Shown here piece by piece: positions 54,666 through 64,000 of a DNA stretch of 64,000 nucleotides. The stretch spans positions 35,404,001 to 35,468,000 of the forward strand of contig NC_058368.1 in NCBI RefSeq assembly GCF_018350175.1, written 5' to 3'. Under the pieces are notes generated by a model that was not told where the DNA came from, made no database searches, and saw nothing but the letters and a program-made list of their open reading frames with translations. The stretch is from Felis catus. Lineage: Eukaryota. Made by a program: the position numbers and the translations under genes. Position 1 is the stretch's first letter. Every line of letters begins with the position of its first letter.

Positions 54666-56935
54666 ACATACATGATCCAATTTATCTGTCCCTTCCCAGC
54701 TGCGCCTGTCAAGCCTGGTGCTTAATCCCGGACGCATCATGCCCCAGCCTAGCCACAAATGACCTGCAAGTTCAGCAGATCCTGGAACGGGGCTGCCTAA
54801 CATCTGCAGGGTAGCAACTCTTCCTTGTTTTCAGTGTGGAAAGAGAGCACCAGAGGAATGCATAATTTTTATGAGTCTTTATTTTCCTCGTGTCTAGAAC
54901 ACATAAGAAAAAAAGAGGTAAAGAGGTTTGAAACTGTTTGTGACTAAAATGATAAAAGGAAATCAATGCAGCAAAACATAGACCACCTGAAAATCTTCAG
55001 TTGAAGCACCAGTTGTGACATGATGTCAAAGAGGCATTCTTCTCAGAGAGAAGGCATATTAAATTATGCTAGTGCTGACTGCTCTTCCAAGGACTGTTGA
55101 TAGATGCTTAGGAGAGGAAAATCTTCCTGTCTGGTTGACCTTAAAAGCTGTCTTACCCCAGGCCTTAAACATTTAAACGTGAACATAAAACATTTTTTCA
55201 TTGATCCCAGGAAAAAATATATATATTTTCAACCTGTTCTCTTTAGTTGTTGCTTATCATCTGCCCATGAATATAAAAAGATATAAGTGCGTGTACAGAG
55301 ATAGATACGTAGATAAATATATTAATTTTCAACCAAAGAATAAATACATTTATCATTCAGAATGACAGAACTAGAGTGGAAAACACCCAGGTGATTGCAA
55401 TTTGTTTTGCCATGCACCCATGAAAACTCCCTATAGAGGAAAGAAAATAAAGCAGGCAGGTTATGATAATAGAATATACCTATTTTTCCTCACATTTATC
55501 ATTATATGTAAGCCAGCCTTCCCAAACAGCTTAAAATGTATACATTTTGTAATAGGAATACAATTCCCCCGGGACTGAGTTGAATGGGGTGGGGGGAGGG
55601 CGGTGGGGAAAGCTGTGGAACTAATCTACATGAATGTGAATCATGTAACAGAGAAAACAAGTCGTTGATTGGGAGAAATAAAAGAGAAGAACGATGGAGA
55701 CAGGAAACAGGACACATAAGGCAAACCTATTTAAAGATTTGGAGAAATCTATCTTTAAAAGGAAGGGTGAATAAGCCTAAAACAATGGAAGATACGTTCT
55801 TTTTTGTATGCAGTCTCAACAGGAGCAACATCCCTTCAAAAGAGTAACCTCAGGGCTACTTCTAATTCAAATTTGATGAATAGCATAATTTTACTTAATA
55901 GAAAATAATACCACCAAGGTGTGTCAGTTACCAAGAGACTATTAACCGAGCCAGAGATTCCAAGTGGATCAGGTTATGATTTTTGCAAGCTTCTCACTTA
56001 GCGGTATCACATGATGGACAAACCAGGGCACCCAAGAAGAGCAAAGCATAATTGGTGAGGGTAGTGCCTATTCTAATAAAACAGAATCATCCCAATGCAT
56101 TTTTGTGTTTCATATTTAAAAACCAAAGTTGACCCCAAAGAGCCATCTTGATATAACAAAGCAACACAATCCAGGCTGATATAATAGAAGCCTCTTAGGC
56201 AAAGCTGCCAAACAGTTGTACCTTTTAAGAAAAATAAAGGCAAAGAAATCAAAACAAAACACTGTATGTGGCCTCAATACAAAAGATAAACTTTCAAGTT
56301 GTGACAAGGGACTTTGACTTACGGCAAACCTTGACTTAAAGAATCAGTGTGCAGATGAGAAACTGTTAAGTCATCTGACCTTCGTCTGTACTCTATTTGG
56401 CAGACGCTCACAAAAATACTACCCAAGAAATATCGCTCCCATAAAGCAATGCAAAAAAGTCACTAATGTATTACCGTATCCGGCAAGGGAAACGCTCTAG
56501 AATTTATTCATTGTTAATGAATTACCAATAGTAGGAGTATATTTATATGCATTTGGGCCAAAAAAAAATACAAATAAATAAATAAGCTTTCATTATGCCA
56601 ATGGGTATATGCTTCTTTGACAACCTTCTTGGCAGTGACTATAAAAGCAGAATCTTGGGGGGAAATGTCATGAGGGCCCAGCTTATTAAATTTTGTAAAT
56701 CATAAGGCTTGTCTGCAAATGCAGAGCACTGCAGCTGATTTAGTCGTTGGCCTAGAAACTCTGCTGTTAGGACCATTAAACAGGTCCAGAGTTTAAGTTG
56801 CACAGTAAATTATACTCAAAAGAAACAGAGACTTTTGTCTCCTGTTTTTTTGTCTGTGGTGTACGAACTAGCTGTATTGCTCTAGCCCTGTGAGATGGTG
56901 TTGGATTTTCACAATGATGCATCAAGCGTCTATAC

Positions 56936-56972
56936 CTTGATTGAGCCCACCGGAGACTATTGTCGAGTTCTC
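56936..56972 (-). other. Candidate 37-nt microexon of an unidentified minus-strand gene
   Basis: Branch point CTAAT (57007-57011), pyrimidine tract TTCTCCATTTTTTT, CACAG| acceptor, AAG|GTATAG donor; open as ENSTIVSGGLNQ (phase 0) or ELDNSLRWAQS; about 2.5 kb of repeat-free flank. Confidence 0.55.
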
Positions 56973-57619
56973 CTGTGAATATCAAAAAAATGGAGAACCA
57001 AATTAAATTAGGCTTTTCCTATTTGAAAAACCTTCACAGCTAGAATAGACACAACCAGTAGTCTTTTTAGGGTATGCCAGATTTTACAGTCACTTTCAAC
57101 AAATAGCTATCATTAGAAATAGCAAGGACAATGCAGTTGATCGTTTAAAAATAAAGGGTTGTCATTTTGATTTTTTTTTCTTAAAAGGAATAATGAATTG
57201 CCTATAGCTACGATGACTGAAACACCCCTTTAGAGGCCACAAATAAATGAGGCCATAAAGAAAGCGTAGTCATATGTCAAAGAAACCCGATCCAATTAAT
57301 CACTCTCTGTAGTAACTCTGTCATGGAACTTTCTAATGTTTTGTTTCTATTGCAGTGTGAACTGTTAGCTGGTAATTTGGATCCTACTCAGTTATTTAAT
57401 ATCAGATAAACTTTTTCAAAATGAAGGGTTTTTTTTTCTTTCATTGAAGAAATTTTCGGAAGTGTCTAATGGCCAAGTTATAAATAGCTGACTATTTCAT
57501 TAAAAAATGGAAAAGGAACTCTTTCCTGAAACATAGAGACTAAAAGAAAGTGGTTTGGAGTATGTAACATAACAGGATTATGTTTATATTTTGAAAACAA
57601 ACATTCCTGGAGAGGAGGG

Positions 57620-57630
57620 AAGATGGCGGC
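57620..57630 (+). promoter_or_regulatory. YY1 site at the L1 5' end
   Basis: AAGATGGCGGC about 12 nt inside the element, the canonical position in mammalian L1 promoters. Confidence 0.8.
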
Positions 57631-58537
57631 TTAGGAGGACGCTGGGCTCACCTTGTCCTGCTGATCACTTAGATTCCACCTACACCTCACCTGCCTAAAT
57701 AACCCAGAAAACCACCAGAAGACTAGCAGAACGGATTCTCTGGAGCCAAGCGCAGACGAGAGGCCCACGGAAGACGGTAGGAAGGGTGGAGAGGCAGTGC
57801 GCGCTACACGGACTGGCAGGAGGGAGCCGGGGCGGATGGGCGGCCTGCCAGCAAAGAGAGCTGGCAGAGTCTGGCTTGCAAAAGCGGAGGGGCCGGACAG
57901 AGTGTGTTCTGACAGCAAGCGGGACTTAACATCTGGAAGGTTACAAGTTAACAGCTCTGCTAGGAGAGTGGGAGGGCTGGAGGACAACGGGAGGGAGAGT
58001 TGTGGAGCCCCTGACGACAGAGCTCAGCTTGGCGGGGAACAAAGGCAGTCACCAGCGCCATCTCCCTCGCCCATCCCCCAGCCAAAATCCCAAAGGGAAC
58101 CAGTTCCTGCCAGAAAACTTGCTTGCACCGCACAAACACCCAGAGCTGTTCTTCTGCGGATCCATCCCTCTGGCAGGTCTGACTCCCTCCTGGTGCCGCA
58201 GGGCCCCCTCCCCAAGTGGATCTCCCAAGGAAAAGCGAGCTGAGCCTGCCCCTCCTGCCCCTGTGCACCTTGCCGATCCACCCCAACTAATACACCAGAT
58301 CCCCAGCACCACAAGTCTGACAGTGTGCAAGTAGCCCAGACAGGCCAAGCCACCCCACAGTGAATCCCACCCCTAGGACAGGGGAAGAGAAGGCACACAC
58401 CAGTCTGAGTGTGGCCCCAGCGGTGGGCTGGGGGCAGACATCAGGTTTGCCTGCGGCCCCGCCCACCAACACGAGTTATTCAAGACGGCACAGGGGAAGT
58501 GCCCTGCAGTTCCGCACCATTCCAGGGACTATCCAAA

Positions 58538-59430
58538 ATGACAAAACAGAAGAATTCCCCTCAAAAGAAACTCCAGGAAATAACAACAGCTAACAATCTG
58601 ATCAAAAAGTATTTAAACAATATAACAGAAAGTGAATTTAGAACAATAGTCATAAAATTAATTGCTGGGCTTGAAAACAGAATAGAGGACAGCAGAGAAT
58701 CTATTGTTACAGAGATCAAGGGACTAAGGAACAGTCAGGAGGAGCTAAAAAATGCTATAAACGAGCTGCAAAATAAAATGGAAACAACCACAGCTCGGAT
58801 TGAAGAGGCAGAGGAGAGAACAGGTGAACTAGAAGATAAATTATAGAAAAAGAGGAAGCTGAGAAAAAGAGAGATAAAAAAAATCCAGGAGTATGAGGGG
58901 AAAATTAGAGAACTAAGTGATGCACTAAAGAGAAATAATCTACGCATAATTGGTATTCCAGAGGAGGAAGAGAGAGGGAAAGGTGCTGAAGGTGTACTTG
59001 AAGAAATAATAGCTGAGAACTTCCCTGATCTGGGGAAGGAAAAAGGCATTGAAATCCAAGAGGCACAGAGAACTCCCTTCAGACGTAACTTGAATCGATC
59101 TTCTGCATGACATATCATAGTGAAACTGGCAAAATACAAGGATAAAGAGAAAATTCTGAAAGCAGCGAGGGATAAACGTGCTCTAACATATAAAGGGAGA
59201 CCTATAAGACTCGTGACCGATCTCTCTACTGAAACTTGGCAGGACACAAAGGAATGGCAGGAAATCTTCACTGTGATGAACAGAAAAATATGCAGCCAAG
59301 AATCCTTTATTCAGCAAGTCTGTCATTTAGAATAGAAGGAGAGATAAAGGTCTTCCCAAACAAACAAAAACTGAAGGAATTCATCACCACTAAACCAGCC
59401 CTACAAGAGATCCTAAGGGGGATCCTGTGA
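58538..59430 (+). pseudogene. L1 ORF1p (RNA-binding trimer), disrupted
   Basis: MTKQKNSPQK...RIEEAEER...RIIGIPE..IIAENFP...RPIRLVTDLSTETWQ...FITTKPALQEIL; frameshift/stop at about 58844, TGA at 59108-59110, frameshift at about 59285. Confidence 0.95.
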
Positions 59431-59480
59431 GACAAAGTACCAGAGACATCGCTACAAGCACAAAACATACAGACATCACA

Positions 59481-62400
59481 ATGACTCTAAACCCATATCT
59501 TTCTATATTAACACTGAATGTAAATGGACTAAAGGCGCCAACCAAAAGACATAGGGTATCAGAATGGATAAAAAAACAACCCCATCTATTTGCTGTCTAC
59601 AAGAGACTCCTTTTAGACCTGAGGACACCTTCAGATTGAAAGTGAGGGGATGGAGAACTATTTATCATGCCACTGGAAGTCAAAAGAAAGCTGGGGTAAC
59701 CATACTTACATCAGGCAAACTAGACTTTAAATTAAAGGCTGTAACAAGAGATTAAGAAGGGCATTATATAATAATTACAGGGTCTATCCATCAGGAAGAG
59801 CTAACAATTATAAATGTCTATGTGCCGAATACGGGAGCCCCCAAATATATAAAACAATTACTCACAAACATAAGCAACCTTATTGATAAGAATGTGGCAA
59901 TTGCAGGGGACTTTAACACTCCACTTACAGAAATGGACAGCTCATCTAGACACATGGTCAATAAAGAAACAAGGGCCCTGAATGATACATTGGATCAGAT
60001 GGACTTGACAGATAGATATATTTAGAACTTTGCATCCCAAAGCAACAGAATATACTTTCTTCTCGAGTGCACATGGAACATTCTCCAAGATAGATCACAT
60101 ACTGGGTCATAAAACAGCCCTTCATAAGTATACAAGAATTGAAATTATACCATGCATACTTTCAGACCACAATGCTATGAAGCTTGAAATCAACCACAGG
60201 AAAAAGTCTGGAAAACCTCCAAAAGCATGGAAGTTAAAGAACACCGTACTAAAGAATGAGTGGGTCAACCAGGCAATTAGAGAAGAAATTAAAAAATATA
60301 TGGAAACAAACAAAAATGAAAATACAACAATCCAAACGCTTTGGGACGCAGCGAAGGCAGTCCTGAGAGGAAAATACATTGCAATCCAGGCCTATCTCAA
60401 GAAACAAGAAAAATCCCAAATACAAAATCTAACAGCACACCTAAAGGAAATAGAAGCAGAACAGCAAAGACAGCCTAAACCCAGAAGAAGAAGAGAAATA
60501 ATAAAGATCAGAGCAGAAATAAACAATATAGAATCTAAAAAAAACTGTAGAGCAGATCAACGAAACCAAGAGTTGGTTTTTTGAAAAAATAAACAAAATT
60601 GATAAACCTCTAGCCAGGCTTCTCAAAAAGAAAAGGGAGAGGACCCAAATAGATAAAATCATGAATGAAAATGGAATTATTACAACCAATCCCTCAGAGA
60701 TACAAGCAATTGTCAGGGAATACTATGAAAAATTATATGCCAACAAACTGGACAACCTGGAAGAAATCGACAAATTCCTAAACACACACACACTTCCAAA
60801 ACTCAATCAGGAGGAAATAGAAAGCTTGAACAGACCCATAACTAGTGAAGAAATTGAATCAGTCATCAAAAATCTCCCAACAAATAAGAGTCCAGGACCA
60901 GATGGCTTCCCAGGGGAGTTCTACCAGACGTTTAAAGCAGAGATAATACCTATCCTTCTCAAGCTATTCCAAGAAATAGAAAGGGAAGGAAAACTTCCAG
61001 ACTCATTCTATGAAGCCAGTATTACTTTGATTCCTAAACCAGACAGAGACCCAGTAAAAAAAGAGAACTACAGGCCAATATCCCTGATGAATATGGATGC
61101 AAAAATTCTCAATAAGATACTAGCAAATCGAATTCAACGGCACATAAAAAGAATTATTCACCATGATCAAGTGGGATTCATTCCTGGGATGCAGGGCTGG
61201 TTCAACATTCGCAAATCAATCAACGTGATACATCACATTAATAAAAGAAAAGATAAGAACCATATGATCCTGTCAATCGATGCAGAAAAGGCCTTTGACA
61301 AAATCCAGCACCCTTTCTTAATAAAAACCCTCAAGAAAGTCGGGATAGAAGGAACATAATTAAACATCATAAAAGCCATTTATGAAAAGCCCACAGCTAA
61401 CATCATCCTCAATGGGGAAAAACTGAGAGCTTTTTCCCTGAGATCAGGAACACGACAGGGATGTCCACTCTCACCGCTGTTGTTTAACATAGTGTTGGAA
61501 ATTCTAGCATCAGCAATCAGACAACAAAAGGATATCAAAGGCATCCAAATTGGCAAAGATGAAGTTAAGCTTTCACTTTTTGCAGATGACATGATATTTT
61601 ACATGGAAAATCCGATAGACTCCACCAGAAATCTGCTAGAACTGATACATGAATTTAGCAAAGTTGCAGGATACAAAATCAATGTACAGAAATCAGTTGC
61701 ATTCTTATACCCTAATAATGAAGCAACAGAAAGACAGCTAAAGAAACTGATCCCATTCACAATTGCACCAAGAAGCATAAAATACCTAGGGGTAAATCTA
61801 ACCAAAGATGTAAAAGATCTGTATGCTGAAAACTATAGAAAGCTTATGAAGGAAATTGAAGAAGATATAAAGAAATGGAAAAACATTTCATGCTTATGGA
61901 TTGGAAGAATAAATATTGTCAAAATGTCAATACTACCCAAAGCTATCTACACATTCAATGCAATCCCAATCAAAATTGCACCAGCATTCTTCTCGAAGCT
62001 AGAACAAGCAATCCTAAAATTCATATGGAACCAGAAAAGGCCCCGAATAGCCAAAGTAATTTTGAAGAAGAAGACCAAATTGGGAGGCATCACAATCCCA
62101 GACTTTAGCCTCTACTACACAGCTGTCATCATCAAGACAGCATGGTATTTGCACAAAAACAGACACATAGACCAATGGAATAGAATAGAAACCCCAGAAC
62201 TAGACCCACAAACGTATGGCTAACTAATCTTTGACAAAGCAGGAAAGAACATCCAATGGAAAAAAGACAGTCTCTTTAACAAATGGTGCTGGGAGAACTG
62301 GACAGCAACATGCAGAAGGTTGAAACTAGACCACTTTCTTACACCATTCACAAAAATAAACTCAAAATGGATAAAGGACCTAAATGTGAGACAGGAAACC

Positions 62401-63309
62401 ATCAAAACCCTAGAGGAGAAAGCAGGAAAAGACCTCTCTGACCTCAGCCGTAGCAATTTTTTACTTGACACATCCCCAAAGGCAAGGGAGTTAAAAGCAA
62501 AAATGAACTACTGGGACCTTATGAAGATAAAAATCTTCTGCACAGCAAAGGAAACAACCAACAAAACTAAAAGGCAACGAATGGAATGGGAAAAGATATT
62601 TGCAAATGACATATCAGACAAAGAGCTAGTATCCAAAATCTATAAAGAGCTCACCAAACTCCACACCCGAAAAACAAATAACCCAGTGAAGAAATGGGCA
62701 GAAAACATGAATAGACACTTCTCTAAAGAAGACATCCGGATGGCCAACAGGCACATGAGAAGATGTTCAACGTCACTCCTTATCAGGGAAATACAAATCA
62801 AAACCACACTCAGGTATCACCTCACGCCAGTCAGAGTGGCCAAAATGAACAAATCAGGAGACTATAGATGCTGGAGAGGATGTGGAGAAACGGGAACCCT
62901 CTTGCACTGTTGGTGGGAATGCGAATTGGTGCAGTCACTCTGGAAAACAGTATGGAGGTTCCTCAAAAAATTAAAACTAGATCTACCCTATGACCCAGCG
63001 GTAGCACTGCTAGGAATTTACCCAAGGGATACAGGAGTACTGATGCATAGGGGCACTTGTACCCCAATGTTTACAGCAGCACTCTCAACAATAGCCAAAT
63101 TATGGAAAGAGACTAAATGTCTATCAACTGATGAATGGATAAAGAAATTGTGGTTTATATACACAATGGAGTACTACGTGGCAATGAGAAAGAATGAAAT
63201 ATGGCCCTTTGTAGCAACGTGGATGGAACTGGAGAGTGTGATGCTAAGTGAAATAAGGCATACAGAGAAAGACAGATACCATCTGTTTTCACTCTTATGT
63301 GGATCCTGA
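59481..63309 (+). pseudogene. L1 ORF2p (APE endonuclease, reverse transcriptase, C-terminal CCHC), disrupted
   Basis: EN motifs NVNG, LQET, GDFN, SDH; RT motifs YRPISLMN and LFADDM; CWRGC..HCWWEC; stops at 59753, 61357 and 62221 plus frameshifts at about 59578, 60015 and 60540. Confidence 0.97.
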
Positions 63310-64000
63310 GAAACTTAACAGAAACCCATGGGGGAGGGGAAGGGAAAAAAAAAGAGGTTAGAGTGGGAGAGAGCCAAAGCATAAGAGACTCTTAAAAACT
63401 GAGAACAAACTGAGGGTTGATGGGGGGGGGGGGGAGGAAGGGGAGGGTGGGTGATGGATATTGAGTAGGGCACCTTTTGGGATGAATACTGGGTGTTGTA
63501 TAGAAACCAATTTGACAATAAATTTCATATATTGAAAAAAAATAAAAAAAGAAAAAAAGCATTACATTCTATAATTGTCATGTAGGTTTAACACTTAATT
63601 AGTTAAAAATAAATTTGAAATTGCCCATATTACACTTAAATAACCTGGGAGTATGTTTTAAAATCATTATAAAAAGAAAACTATGTTATTCAACATCACT
63701 TCTAGGATAGAGCCCTATATACAGAAGATACTCAATAATGTTGGCTGGTGATATGCACAATTCTGCCCATTCTACAGACTGTAAACATAAAATTCAACTT
63801 ATTTTTCCATGGTAAGTTAACCTAAACTGGTTACCATTGGCAATTTACATCTATGAAGCCCTCTTCAGGGCAAAAGAAAATTTATGTCAAGCATTTATAG
63901 AGTCTTCTTACTGTCCCCCAAGATTCTGAATACCTAATACTTCACAATGTAATGCAACAGAACATATCCTGCTTAAATTCATTGAAAAAAATTTTTCCCA

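Larger units (their letters stand above)
57609..63550 (+). mobile_element. Near-full-length feline-type LINE-1 (about 5.9 kb), disabled
   Basis: GC/CpG-rich 5'UTR, ORF1, ORF2, G-rich 3'UTR, AATAAA and A tail; imperfect TSD GAAAACAAACATT (57593-57605) / GAAAAAAAGCATT (63551-63563). Confidence 0.98.

Noticed and set aside
58735..62471. Minus-strand ORFs within L1 (for example 178 aa at 58735-59271)
   Set aside because: Antisense shadows of the A-rich L1 coding strand
1..64000. CRISPR arrays, operons, tRNA or rRNA genes
   Set aside because: Mammalian DNA; the tRNA-like A/B boxes all belong to SINE heads and no repeat-spacer array is present

Overview
Mammalian genomic DNA, almost certainly feliform carnivore (cat-like). 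Evidence: about a dozen tRNA-derived Can-SINEs of the SINEC_Fc type and a near-full-length but disabled feline-type LINE-1 at 57609-63550. Much of the window is interspersed repeat (L1, L2, CR1/L3, MIR, MaLR/ERVL solo LTRs, and MER20/MER33/MER53/Tigger DNA-transposon relics) plus microsatellites. Nearly all ORFs in the supplied track are spurious; only the L1 ORF1/ORF2 fragments are recognisable proteins. In the non-repetitive islands I find splice signals for what may be the 3' end of a large minus-strand gene that I cannot name. These are a 37-nt microexon (56936-56972) and two candidate terminal exons (acceptors at 37782 and 33411). In one reading frame both give C-termini resembling class I PDZ-binding motifs. 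The L1 sits antisense about 640 bp upstream of the microexon and carries two in-frame antisense splice donors. Other notable structures are a 132-bp foldback, an inverted SINE-in-SINE, a three-level nested insertion and a near-consensus CTCF site. Repeat subfamily names come from recalled consensus sequences, not from a database search.
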